64,000 bases of DNA, taken from Candidatus Thalassarchaeum betae. Its GTDB lineage: Archaea; Thermoplasmatota; Poseidoniia; Poseidoniales; Thalassarchaeaceae. Of the stretch, positions 1 to 10,300 are shown in pieces. The position numbers and the translations under genes were made by a program. The stretch lies in contig PSPG01000001.1 of NCBI GenBank assembly GCA_003193925.1, positions 64,001-128,000 on the forward strand, written 5' to 3'. The first letter of the stretch is position 1; the number at the start of each line of letters is the position of its first letter. A model generated the notes under the pieces. The model saw only the letters and a list, made by a program, of their open reading frames with translations, was not told the DNA's origin and ran no database searches.

Positions 1-155
1 TCTATCTCTATCGAATCTACCACAATCTCGAAGTCCGTGGTCGCTCCGACGAACCTGATCCTATCCCCAACGGAGAGGTCTGCGGTAAGCTCCAGCGCGG
101 CGACCCCGACCTTTCGGAAATAACGGTCGACCCGGCCTACTTCTTCGTCTGACAC
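1..155 (-). CDS. Translation elongation factor-like (EF-Tu domain II-like beta-barrel) small protein, 3' end outside window
   Basis: Manual translation from GTG at 155 gives MSDEEVGRVDRYFRKVGVAALELTADLSVGDRIRFVGATTDFEIVVDSIEI. A GGTGA RBS lies upstream. Not in the ORF track. Confidence 0.7.
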   Translation of the reverse strand, partial: MSDEEVGRVDRYFRKVGVAALELTADLSVGDRIRFVGATTDFEIVVDSIEI

Positions 156-332
156 ATTTTCACCTCGTCGACCGAGCAGGGCAATTGGTCATCAAGTTAC
201 GGATTCACGGAAATTGGGTATTATTGAGGGAATCTCCCCGGTGATAATCGCACTCTCTGACTCTCGCAATAGCGTTCAAACACTGTTTCTCTCTCTCCTT
301 GAAGTTTAATTATAGCACTGATTAGGCGGGCT

Positions 333-1457
333 ATGCCCGCCGTAATCGTCGGATACGCGCGTTCACCCTTCACACCCGCTAGAAGGGGCGCCCTCGCTCG
401 AACGAGGCCCGATGACATCGCAGCAGCAGTCGTGAACCAACTCATCTCGGATGTCGGGGTCGATCCCTCTCTGGTCGAGGACCTCATCGTCGGGTGCGCC
501 TTCCCAGAGGGCGAGCAAGGATACAACCTGGCTCGGGTCATCACCTTCCTTACCGACCTGCCTGAGACTGTGCCCGGAGTGACAATCAATCGTTTCTGCG
601 GCTCGTCGATGCAGTCGATTCACGATGCCGCAGCCCGCATCGCCGCAGGTCAGGGTCACGCCTTCATCGCTGGGGGTGTCGAGTCTATGTCGCGAATCCC
701 GATGACCGGGTTCAATCCGCTTCCCAACCCCACGCTAGACGAGGAGGCAATGACGTCGATGGGCACCACTGCCGAGAATCTCTCCAACATGCACGGCATC
801 GACCGCGAGGCCCAAGAGGCATTCGCTGTTGAGAGCCAGGCGAGAGCCGCCGCCGCTCGTGAGTCCGGTGCGTTTGCTGACGAGATCGTCCCAATCGAGA
901 CCAGTGATGGGATTGTGGACACCGATGGCTGCATCCGAGCTGGGACCGACGCAGAGACGCTAGCAGGACTTCGCCCTGCGTTCGATGCCAATGGGACGGT
1001 CACCGCCGGAACCTCGTCTCCGCTGACTGACGGGGCTGCATTCGTCTTCGTCTGCTCCGAGGAGTTCGCAGCAGAGCACGGGCTCGCCCCTATGGCCCGA
1101 ATCAAGAGCGCCGCCGTCTCCGGATGCGCGCCCGAGATCATGGGCATCGGACCCGTGCAGGCGACGAGGAAAGCCCTAGAGCGGGCCGGTCTGACTCTGG
1201 ACGACATCGACCTCATCGAACTCAACGAGGCCTTCGCCGCGCAGTCGCTGGCGGTGATAGGAGAGCTTGGCCTGGACAGGGACAAGGTCAACATCGAGGG
1301 CGGCGCCATCGCACTCGGCCATCCCCTAGGCGCCAGCGGAGCGAGGATTACCGGCAAGGCGGCTCAACTGATGCAGAAGAACGGGGCCGAGCTCGCTCTG
1401 GCCACTCTGTGCGTGGGAGGCGGGATGGGCATGGCCACCGTGCTCGAGAGGGTCTAG
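333..1457 (+). CDS. fadA: Acetyl-CoA C-acyltransferase (thiolase)
   Basis: NRFCGSS catalytic Cys, NEAFA, GHPLGASG and CVGGG motifs. Confidence 0.95.
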   Translation: MPAVIVGYARSPFTPARRGALARTRPDDIAAAVVNQLISDVGVDPSLVEDLIVGCAFPEGEQGYNLARVITFLTDLPETVPGVTINRFCGSSMQSIHDAAARIAAGQGHAFIAGGVESMSRIPMTGFNPLPNPTLDEEAMTSMGTTAENLSNMHGIDREAQEAFAVESQARAAAARESGAFADEIVPIETSDGIVDTDGCIRAGTDAETLAGLRPAFDANGTVTAGTSSPLTDGAAFVFVCSEEFAAEHGLAPMARIKSAAVSGCAPEIMGIGPVQATRKALERAGLTLDDIDLIELNEAFAAQSLAVIGELGLDRDKVNIEGGAIALGHPLGASGARITGKAAQLMQKNGAELALATLCVGGGMGMATVLERV

Positions 1458-1465
1458 GTGGTAAC

Positions 1466-3805
1466 TTGTCGAGCCCCATACAGCGAGTCGCCGTCATCGG
1501 CAGCGGCGTGATGGGTGCCGGGATAGCCGCCCATTGTGCCAACGCCGGCTGCGACGTACTTCTCCTCGACATCGTCCCGGACGGCGCAGAGGACCGCAGT
1601 GTAATCGCCAAGGGCGCGATTCAGCAGATGCTCAAGTCGAACCCCGAGATGCTGATGCACAAGCGAAACGTCAAGCGCATCAGCGCCGGGAATATCGAAG
1701 ACGACCTGTCAAGGTTGGGTGATTTCGACTGGGTGGTCGAGGTGATTATCGAGAACCTCGACATCAAGCGCAGCCTCTACGCTAACCTCGCAGAGCATAT
1801 CGGACCAGATACGATCGTATCGTCCAACACATCCACTCTGCCAAGGTCAGAATTGGTCGAAGGAATGCCAAAAGAGATGGCCTCTCGCTTCCTCATCACT
1901 CACTTCTTCAATCCCCCTCGATACCTGCCCCTGCTCGAGGTCGTCACAGCCGCTGAGGTAGACGAGTCAGCGACCGAGCGATTCAGCTCGTTCGCCGACG
2001 AGCGACTCGGCAAGAGAGTGATAATGTGCAACGACGAACCTGGCTTCATTGCCAACAGGCTCGGCGTCTATTTCATCCAAAGGGCGTTCAAGGCGACGAT
2101 CGACCACGGCTTCACCGTCGAGCAGGCAGACGCCATGCTGGGGCGGCCCATCGGGGTCCCCAAGACCGCGGTGTTCGGTCTGATCGACTTGGTCGGCGTA
2201 GACCTGTCCGGCCACGTGATAGAGAGCCTGCTCTCGCACCTCCCCCCGGATGACCCGTTCCACGACATCGTGGGTACTGGGGAAGACATCATTCAGGCAA
2301 TGATCGCGGACGGATACACCGGCCGCAAGGGCAAGGGCGGCTTCTACCGTCTCAACAAGGAGGGCGGCAAGCGCGTCAAGGAGGCTCGAAGCCTAACCAC
2401 AGGCGAGTACTCCCCGGCCGACCGCAAGGCCACGTTTCCCTCTGCCAAGATGGGCAAGCAGGGACTGGGCCCGCTGATGGACTACCCCGATGAGGGAGCC
2501 GCTTTCGTAACCGAAATCCTGCTCGACACGCTGTCCTACGCGGCGCACCTCGTGCCCGATGTCAGCGACGACGTCTATTCGATAGACAGCGCGATGAAGG
2601 TTGGCTACAACTGGAAGCGAGGCCCCTTCGAGATGATAGATTCGATTGGTGCTAGCAACTTTGTCGAGAGACTCAAGACAAGCGGACGCAGCGTGCCCGG
2701 CTTCCTCAAGACTGCCGCAGGCAATGGAGGCTTCTACTCGGTCGCGGACGGGGAGATCCAGCGACTCACCCCCGACGGCTCCATGGTCGCCGTCGAAAGG
2801 CCCGAATCCACTCTCACCGTGGCCGACCTCAAGCGCCGGGGCAAGGCGCTCAAGCGCAATGGCTCGGCAAGCATCTGGGACATGGGCGACGGAATCATGC
2901 TCGTCGAGTATCACTCAAAGATGAACGCAATGGACCCGATGAACATGGAGATGCTCGTCAACGCAGTCGACCTCGCTGAGTCCGAAGGCTGGGAAGGGAT
3001 AGTCATCGGCAACGACGCGCCCAACTTCTGCGCCGGAGCGAATCTCGGCTTGGTTCTATTCGCGGTTAATCTCGCGGCATGGAAGGACGTCGAGGACTTC
3101 ATCGCCGCCGGACAGGACACCTATCAGGCTCTCAAGTACTGCGAGGTCCCCGTGGTCGCAGCTTCAGCTGGACTGTGCTTAGGCGGTGGTGCCGAGGTGC
3201 TCATGCATTGCGATGCTGTTGTTGCCCATGGCGAATCTTACGTCGGACTCGTCGAGGTCGGGGTCGGCATCGTCCCGGCCTGGGGCGGCTGCAAGGAGCT
3301 GATGGGTCGCCTGCGCGATTTCGGCCTCGTCGAGGAGGGGCCCATGCCACCTGTGATGAAGGCGTTTGAGTATATCGGCACAGCTCAGGTCGCGAAGTCA
3401 GCAGAACAAGCGCGTGACATGGGTTTCATCGCACCTGACGACCGCATCACGATGAATCGCGACCGCCTGCTCGCAGACGCCAAGGCCCGCGCGCTCGAAC
3501 TCTCTGAGGATTACAAGCCTCCCGAGCCGCGAACCTACATTTTGCCCGGGCCATCGGGGAAGGCAGCACTAGATCTCGCGGTCAGAGATTTGGCTCTGTC
3601 TGGCCAGGCCACCGCTCACGATGTGGTAGTGACTGGCGAACTCGCTTGGGTTCTCTCAGGGGGCGAAACCGACTTGATCGAGTCTGTTGACGAAGACTAC
3701 ATCCTCGCCATGGAGAGGGAAGCGATAGGCAGACTCGGCCGGCTCGAGGCCTCGCTTGATCGCATGGAGCACATGCTAGAGACCGGCAAGCCATTGAGGA
3801 ACTGA
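1466..3805 (+). CDS. 3-hydroxyacyl-CoA dehydrogenase / enoyl-CoA hydratase fusion (FadN-like)
   Basis: VIGSGVMG Rossmann motif, SNTS and HFFNP, followed by a C-terminal crotonase (FCAGAN, GGGAE). Start taken as TTG 1466 after GGTG; the ORF-track extension to 1124 overlaps the thiolase. Confidence 0.92.
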   Translation: MSSPIQRVAVIGSGVMGAGIAAHCANAGCDVLLLDIVPDGAEDRSVIAKGAIQQMLKSNPEMLMHKRNVKRISAGNIEDDLSRLGDFDWVVEVIIENLDIKRSLYANLAEHIGPDTIVSSNTSTLPRSELVEGMPKEMASRFLITHFFNPPRYLPLLEVVTAAEVDESATERFSSFADERLGKRVIMCNDEPGFIANRLGVYFIQRAFKATIDHGFTVEQADAMLGRPIGVPKTAVFGLIDLVGVDLSGHVIESLLSHLPPDDPFHDIVGTGEDIIQAMIADGYTGRKGKGGFYRLNKEGGKRVKEARSLTTGEYSPADRKATFPSAKMGKQGLGPLMDYPDEGAAFVTEILLDTLSYAAHLVPDVSDDVYSIDSAMKVGYNWKRGPFEMIDSIGASNFVERLKTSGRSVPGFLKTAAGNGGFYSVADGEIQRLTPDGSMVAVERPESTLTVADLKRRGKALKRNGSASIWDMGDGIMLVEYHSKMNAMDPMNMEMLVNAVDLAESEGWEGIVIGNDAPNFCAGANLGLVLFAVNLAAWKDVEDFIAAGQDTYQALKYCEVPVVAASAGLCLGGGAEVLMHCDAVVAHGESYVGLVEVGVGIVPAWGGCKELMGRLRDFGLVEEGPMPPVMKAFEYIGTAQVAKSAEQARDMGFIAPDDRITMNRDRLLADAKARALELSEDYKPPEPRTYILPGPSGKAALDLAVRDLALSGQATAHDVVVTGELAWVLSGGETDLIESVDEDYILAMEREAIGRLGRLEASLDRMEHMLETGKPLRN

Positions 3806-3814
3806 GGTGATTGA

Positions 3815-5620
3815 ATGGTAGTGTGGGATGCCCCGATACGCGATTACGAGTTCCTCTTCAACGAGGTGTTCGACTCCATCGAGACCGTGCAGCGCCTCGG
3901 CTACGACGACTTCGACGCAGACTACCTGAGCATGCTCATGGAGGGCTGGGCCGAGCACGCCAAGGAGGTATGGCTGCCCATCAACGCCCTCGGTGACCAC
4001 CGTGGGCTGAAGTTCGAGGATGGCAGGATCACCATGCCCCAAGAGTTCCGTGACGCATACCGCAAGGGCATCGACGAGGGCTGGCTTTCGACCTCATGCA
4101 GGCCAGAGCACGGCGGTATGGGCCTGCCGATATTCTTCCAAGCGGTGACTTGGGCCGAGTTCGGAACCTCTACCTGCATGGCGCTCAGCGTCCTCCCGGC
4201 GCTGACCATAGGCGTTTACGAAGTCCTCGCGGCGAACGGCAGGCAGGACCTCATCGACTACTTCGCGACCAACCTCGCCTCGGGCGAGTGGGCCGGCACG
4301 ATGTGCCTGACCGAGCCGCACGCGGGCACCGATCTCGGCATCATCACCACCAAGGCTACTCCTCAGGACGACGGCACCTACCGCGTCTCTGGCACTAAGA
4401 TATTCATCACCTACGGTGAGCATGACATGGCGGAAAACATCGTACATCTCGTCCTCGCCAAGGCACCGGACGCCCCCGAGGGGTCAAGGGGCATCTCACT
4501 TTTCCTCGTCCCGAAGCATCTCCCGAAGGAGTGGGAGTCAGGCGGCATGGGGGGAATTTCCCACGATCTCTCTGGCGAGCTCAATGGAATCACCTGTTCC
4601 GGGAGCGAGGGGAAGATGGGGCTCCACGCTTCGCCTACCTGTGTCATGAACTTCGACGACAGCGTCGGCTGGCTCGTCGGCCCGCTGCACGGTGGTATGC
4701 CATTGATGTTCCAGATGATGAATCGCGAGAGGGTCGCTACTGGAATGATGGGTCTAGGACTCGCTGAGATAGCCTACCAGAACGCGCTCGCGTGGGCGCG
4801 CGAGCGCCGTCAGGGCCGCGACATCAAGGGCATCCGCGAGCCGAACGAACGCGCAGACAACATCCTCGTCCACCCCGATGTCCGCCGAATGCTGCTCGAG
4901 GCCAAGGTCAACAACGAGGGCTGCAGAGCTCTGGCATCTTGGACCGGTCTGCTGCTCGACCAGATGCACAGCGACGACCCCGAAGAGGCCGAGCGGGCCA
5001 CTGCCCTAGTCGCTCTTTTCACACCTATCGTCAAGGCGCACTTCACCGATTTGGGCTGCGAGACCACCAGTACGTGCATGCAGGTCATGGGCGGTGCTGG
5101 ATATATCACCGAGTTCGGCGTTGAGCAGTTCTACCGCGATGTGCGTATCTCGAAGATATGGGAGGGCACTAACGGAATCCAAGCACTCGATTTGGCCGGG
5201 CGCAAAATCACCCAGAACATGGGGAAGAACCTCCGTCACCTGATGTGGCCACTGACAGAGTTCATCGAGGAGAACCGCGAGATTCCCGAGATGTCTGAGT
5301 TCAACAAACCCCTCCATCAGGGAGTGCGAGGACTCCAGCAGATCACACTCCTGATGATTGCCGAGGGCATGGCAAACCCTCACTTCCTCGCAGCCGGCGC
5401 CACCGACTACTGCCGCTACTTCGGCAACATCCTGCTCGGCTACATGTGGGCGAGGATGGCTAGGATCTCCCTCGAGAAGAAGGGCGAGCCGTTCTACGAC
5501 GCGAAACTGGCCAGCGCTCGCTTCTTCTTCACGCGGATATTCCCTGAGACCATCGGTCTCGCAGCCAAGATCCAGTCCGGTCCTAAGCCGCTCATGGACT
5601 ACCCAGCGGAGTTGTTCTGA
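3815..5620 (+). CDS. Acyl-CoA dehydrogenase (long, about 600-aa type)
   Basis: MCLTEPHAGTD, GTKIFIT, QVMGGAGY and IWEGTNGIQ motifs; GAGGTGA RBS. Confidence 0.95.
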   Translation: MVVWDAPIRDYEFLFNEVFDSIETVQRLGYDDFDADYLSMLMEGWAEHAKEVWLPINALGDHRGLKFEDGRITMPQEFRDAYRKGIDEGWLSTSCRPEHGGMGLPIFFQAVTWAEFGTSTCMALSVLPALTIGVYEVLAANGRQDLIDYFATNLASGEWAGTMCLTEPHAGTDLGIITTKATPQDDGTYRVSGTKIFITYGEHDMAENIVHLVLAKAPDAPEGSRGISLFLVPKHLPKEWESGGMGGISHDLSGELNGITCSGSEGKMGLHASPTCVMNFDDSVGWLVGPLHGGMPLMFQMMNRERVATGMMGLGLAEIAYQNALAWARERRQGRDIKGIREPNERADNILVHPDVRRMLLEAKVNNEGCRALASWTGLLLDQMHSDDPEEAERATALVALFTPIVKAHFTDLGCETTSTCMQVMGGAGYITEFGVEQFYRDVRISKIWEGTNGIQALDLAGRKITQNMGKNLRHLMWPLTEFIEENREIPEMSEFNKPLHQGVRGLQQITLLMIAEGMANPHFLAAGATDYCRYFGNILLGYMWARMARISLEKKGEPFYDAKLASARFFFTRIFPETIGLAAKIQSGPKPLMDYPAELF

Positions 5621-5889
5621 TGTCTGACGGCAAAGCGGGACGCAGCCTGAGGATGCGCTTCAAGCGCGCCACCAAACGCGTTTGGGAACTCCCGACCAGA
5701 CCGTCGAACAAGAAGTTACTCGAGATGTACGCGCTGTACAAGCAGGCGACTGAGGGAGACTGCGAGGGCAGGGCACGGGGGGGACTGAGGGACCGTGCCA
5801 AGTGGAAGGCTTGGAAGGGCGTTGCCGGAACTTCCGAGGCCGATGCCATGGAGCGATACTGCGAAATCGTCGACTCACTGATGGTGTAG
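5620..5889 (+). CDS. Acyl-CoA-binding protein (ACBP)
   Basis: LEMYALYKQATEGD and RAKWKAW ACBP signature; TGATG coupling to the upstream gene. Confidence 0.9.
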   Translation: MSDGKAGRSLRMRFKRATKRVWELPTRPSNKKLLEMYALYKQATEGDCEGRARGGLRDRAKWKAWKGVAGTSEADAMERYCEIVDSLMV

Positions 5890-5893
5890 TCCC

Positions 5894-6394
5894 ATGCCGA
5901 TAGACGAGACCAAACTGGTCGCTGAGTACCGAGTTCTTCTGGGTGCAGTCAAGTTCCGCCTTTTCTCGGCTCTCTCCATGCCCACTGCTAGGTTCGCAGG
6001 ACTTCGTATGAATCGCATCGACGATGAGGTCTGCGTGACCTCTATTCCCGGTGGATGGCGCTCCCAGAACCCGTTCAAGACGATGTACTGGGCCGTACAG
6101 GGCATGGGCGCAGAACTCGCAACAGGCGCAGCACCGTTCGCCATGTCGCGCGCCATGCCCGAAAAACTGCGCATGTTTGTAATCGACTGCAAGGGCACGT
6201 TCACCAAGCGCGCCAAGGGGCGCATCACCTTCACCTGCGACGGAGTCGCAGCCGCCCGCCAAGCCATCGAACAGAGCATGGCCACCGGCGAAGCGATTGA
6301 TTGCGAACTCAGATCGGTTGGGAAGGATGCATCGGGCGACATCGTCTCCGAATGGGTATTCAAGTGGAATTTCCGAGTGCTGGATGGCAGGTGA
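5894..6394 (+). CDS. Hotdog-fold thioesterase-like protein (DUF4442/PaaI-like)
   Basis: QNPFKTMYWAVQGMGAELATG and FTKRAKGRITFTC; lies within the beta-oxidation operon. Confidence 0.75.
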   Translation: MPIDETKLVAEYRVLLGAVKFRLFSALSMPTARFAGLRMNRIDDEVCVTSIPGGWRSQNPFKTMYWAVQGMGAELATGAAPFAMSRAMPEKLRMFVIDCKGTFTKRAKGRITFTCDGVAAARQAIEQSMATGEAIDCELRSVGKDASGDIVSEWVFKWNFRVLDGR

Positions 6395-6398
6395 GTGG

Positions 6399-7397
6399 TT
6401 GGTAAGCACGAGGTTCACCGAGGACGCAGGGGTCGAGTACCCGATCATCTGTGGTGCGATGTACCCGTGCTCGAACCCGGAGTTAGTGGCCGCAGCAGCC
6501 GAGGGCGGCGGCCTCGCTATCATGCAACCAGTCTCCATGACCTACGTGCATGGTCATGACCTCAGGGAAGGCATCCGTTTCATGCGCACGCACACAGACA
6601 AGCCGATCGGCTTCAACGCCCTCATCGAGAAAGGCTCCAAGAAGTACTTCGAGAAGATGTCTGGCTGGATTGACATCGCCCTCGAGGAAGACATCCGTTT
6701 TTTCGTGACTTCTTTGGGCAAACCAGACTGGGTCTGCGACAAGGTCCACGCATTCGGAGGAGTGGTCTACCATGATGTCACCACCCGCAAATGGGCCGAG
6801 AAGGGCAAGGATTGCGGGGTCGATGGCCTGATTTGTGTTAACAACCGTGCCGGTGGGCACCTCGGCCCATCGACGCCGGAGGAGATGTACGAGGAGTTGT
6901 CCGACATGGGACTGCCTTTGATATGCGCCGGTGGAGTTGGTAGCGAGGCAGAACTCAACAGAGCGCTGGAGATCGGCTACGACGGCGTGCAGATGGGAAC
7001 GAGGTTCATCGCCACCACAGAGTGCAACACACCTGAGGACTACAAGGACGCCATCGTAGGTGCAGGAGAGGAGGACATCACTTGGACCAATAGGCTGACT
7101 GGAGTGCCGATTTCGGTAATCAAGTCGCCCGGCTTCAAGCAGGAGAACTCATGGCTGATGCGCAAACTCCTCAGTAGCAGATACAAGCACACGGCCCGAA
7201 TGATGCTGAACGCGAACTCGTTCATCCGCCTGAAGTACCTCTCGAGGAGCAAGAGCAAGAACACGGCGAAGAAGAAGAAGTTCTACTCCGCGGGCAAGAG
7301 CGTCGAGACGGTGCGTAGCATCGAGTCGGCCACCGTAATCATGCGCCGCCTAGGCGAGTCCCTGGACTCCAACCCGAAACTTGCGGAGGAGTGGTAG
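6399..7397 (+). CDS. Nitronate monooxygenase / FabK-like FMN oxidoreductase
   Basis: YPIICGAM, AGGH, AGGVG and GVQMGTRFIAT motifs. Start inferred at TTG 6399 after GGTGA. Confidence 0.85.
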   Translation: MVSTRFTEDAGVEYPIICGAMYPCSNPELVAAAAEGGGLAIMQPVSMTYVHGHDLREGIRFMRTHTDKPIGFNALIEKGSKKYFEKMSGWIDIALEEDIRFFVTSLGKPDWVCDKVHAFGGVVYHDVTTRKWAEKGKDCGVDGLICVNNRAGGHLGPSTPEEMYEELSDMGLPLICAGGVGSEAELNRALEIGYDGVQMGTRFIATTECNTPEDYKDAIVGAGEEDITWTNRLTGVPISVIKSPGFKQENSWLMRKLLSSRYKHTARMMLNANSFIRLKYLSRSKSKNTAKKKKFYSAGKSVETVRSIESATVIMRRLGESLDSNPKLAEEW

Positions 7398-10300
7398 TCA
7401 GAGGACGCGGCTGTTTAGCTGCTGGGCATCACCCACCACGCCGAACCCGTACTCCTCCTCGAGCGCGCGAGAGACCAGCCTGAAGTCGGAGTCGCGTGTG
7501 GCAACTAAGATGCTGCCGACGTCGTTGATGCTGGTCGAAGCGAGAAGTGCGGCATCGCACATGATGTCCCGATCCCCTCTTTCCGGGTAGATCTCCTCTC
7601 CGCCGATGGACGTCCTCTTCGGTGCTTTGCCACCTCTCCTCTTCTGCTCGTCGACCAGTTGGAAGACCTCACGGTGCCTGACGAGGAACTCGTCCAGCCC
7701 GACGTCGGTCTTGTTCCCCTCCGAGCCGGAGTGCTTCCAGTCACCGAAGGCCGTGCAAATCGCCTGCACCCTCTCCTGGAGGAACTCGGCAGTGATTTTC
7801 TCACCCCACATGCCCTTGTCGATGTACACGTCCTCGAACAGTCCCAAGACGGAGTCCGGGCTCTTCGCCCGATGCAGGAACTCGCCCTTGGCGGCAGGCG
7901 GTATGTGAAGATGAACACGATCTTCCCCTCTCCTGCGTCTCAGCATCCAGTGGAAGGCCCTCTCCACCGTCCAGTCCAGACTTCCTAGGCTATCCACTGA
8001 TATCTCCATCAGCAGGTCGTCTTTCAGCGCCCCGATCAGAATGTTGGTATCGACCAGTATCAGCGGTCTGAGGGACAGGTTCCTCAGCGTCCTCCTGTCC
8101 TTGACCGGTATGGTTCCGCTGTGGCTTCCGAAGAGAGCTCGTTGGGTCCTCTTCAGAGTATTCTTCTGCTTGGCATTGAGGCTGCCAGATTCGATGGCCT
8201 TCTCTAACATCCAGAGTCCACGAAGCGGGTCATCCTCTGTGACTTCCATGCAGATGAGTGTGATTTCCTGAGTGTCCTTCTCCCCCCTCATCTCAATCAG
8301 GAACCTCCTCTCCAAATCGGATTGACGACTAGTCTCGGAGCTCCTCAGCTCCTGAAGAGCGGCCCTGACTCTTCCTTGGAACGGGTCCAGGGGGAGGTCA
8401 TGCTCGTTGGGATACCTCTGCAGGGTCTCCAGAGCCTCGAGGCGCCTCGCCTTGACTCCGTTCCCAGCGCCGTTCCTCGTACGCTCCTCCTCTCGAGCGG
8501 CGAACTCTATCAGGCGACTGCTGGCAGCCTCCTTCTTGCCTTCTTCGTGGTCCCTGCAGATTCTGAGGTAGAGTTTGAATCGGTTCGTGACGGAGCTTGA
8601 GAGAACAGGATGGCCATCGATTAGGGCCACCGCTTCCCTCCACCCCGCGGCGTGAGCGAACTCGATGAGCGACTTGCGCAGTATCAGAGCCGAGCGCTCA
8701 AAGTCCAAGCGTAGTTTCATCGCAGCATCTTTGTAGGCCCGGGCCGCGTTCATACGATCGTCGTTGCCTCGCAGGATGGCGGCCCTGACTATCTGAAACT
8801 CCGCCCCTGACCTGTCGTGGTTGCTATACCACTTCTCCAGAGGCCCGACTCCTACATTGTGCTCGATAACCAGATTGGTCGCGCCACCGATGATGCGCAT
8901 CGACGAGTCTTTGCGACCACAGAGACGACCCAAGGACTCAGCCGCGCTCTCCTCGCGCTCCGTAACTCCACTCTGCAGGTCCATCGCAGCGCGGTTCAGT
9001 AGCAGCGCATCGATGAGAGCGTCGAACAGCCTACTCTCCAGACGGGTGAGTTCGGCGATTTCGATGGAATGTCTCAGATCCTCTATTCTAGCCTCTCTGA
9101 CGACCCCGTCACCTTCGGGAGACAGGGCCCGCCTGACCTCGTTGAGAGCCCTGAGTCCGTCCGAGTCGAGTTTCTTATGCACCGATTCGATGTCTTGCGG
9201 GATTCCGTCTAGCAGGGAGATCAGGGCGATAGAGGCATCCGAGAGGATTCCGTCGTCGACGGAGCCCTCGATCGACATCAGCGCTGACTTTCGCAGCGCT
9301 GACAGATTATCCTTGGAGCCGATGGCGTCCTTCCCACTTATCAGGTGCCAAGCCAGCAGGACCCGATGAGGGTAAGCACGAGCGAGTGACGGGTCTTCCT
9401 TGAGAACGCCAACCAGACCACCGATGTCAGCCGCACTAGTGAACATGTTGAGTATCTCGTCGGTGTGCCTGATGGAGTCCATTTCGGAGAGCCTCCTAGC
9501 GGCCTGCAGTCTGATTCGAATTGGGACGCCATCATGCCTCATCACGAGGAGGGCTCCATCCCCGTCCATGGTGGTCACCGCTTCGGTGACGGAATCGCCG
9601 AGAGCCTCCGAGTCTACCGTCACGAGGATGTCCAAAGCCGTGGAGACTTGCAAGGACCCCTCGATGCCAAGCTTCTCGATGTGCTGAAGCGCTTCGCTGG
9701 CCTTGCCTTCTGAAACCAGGCTCGAGGCGAGGCTCCACTTCAGCGCTTCCGGTATCACCTCACCAACTTCGGCGAGGACCGCGGATCCTGCGAGCAGGTC
9801 TTGCACCGATAACTCAACTCCAGAGTCTTCGACGCGCCGCCAGGCTGCGACTCTGAGTGCCCTAGACAAGCTACCGTCCCCGCTTCGCTTGGCGCAGGCC
9901 TCCCAGTCAGAGAGGTTCCCAGAGCGGATTCTGATCAGCATGGAGTGCCTGCCGGACAGTTCTCCCAATGCGCCGCCCTCCAGTACGTCAAATACTCCTA
10001 GAGCTTCGTCGCTCGAGGCGGATGCTAGCAGGATTCCCTCCAGAAGAGCCCCCTCCTCCCGGAGTCCCCTCAGCGATGGTCGCATAGAGCTGAGCCATCG
10101 ATTAGGCCTCACTCGACCCCCCGAGAGGTCGCGTTTGATGCTCTGCAGGACCGAAGCTTGCTCGGAACTGGTCTTGAACGGCAGATCCACCGAGAGCCAC
10201 ATCTTGAGCTCATTGTGGTCAAGCGGGTCGAAGCGGGCCGCTTGGACCCAGTCCGTGGAGTCGACGACGACAACTTCTGGCTCGACTACTGGGAAGCGCC

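Noticed and set aside
1124-1465. N-terminal extension of the 893-aa ORF, suggesting overlap or frameshift fusion with the thiolase
   Set aside because: It is an Arg-rich alternate frame of the thiolase. Homology starts at about 1466, where an RBS and TTG are present.
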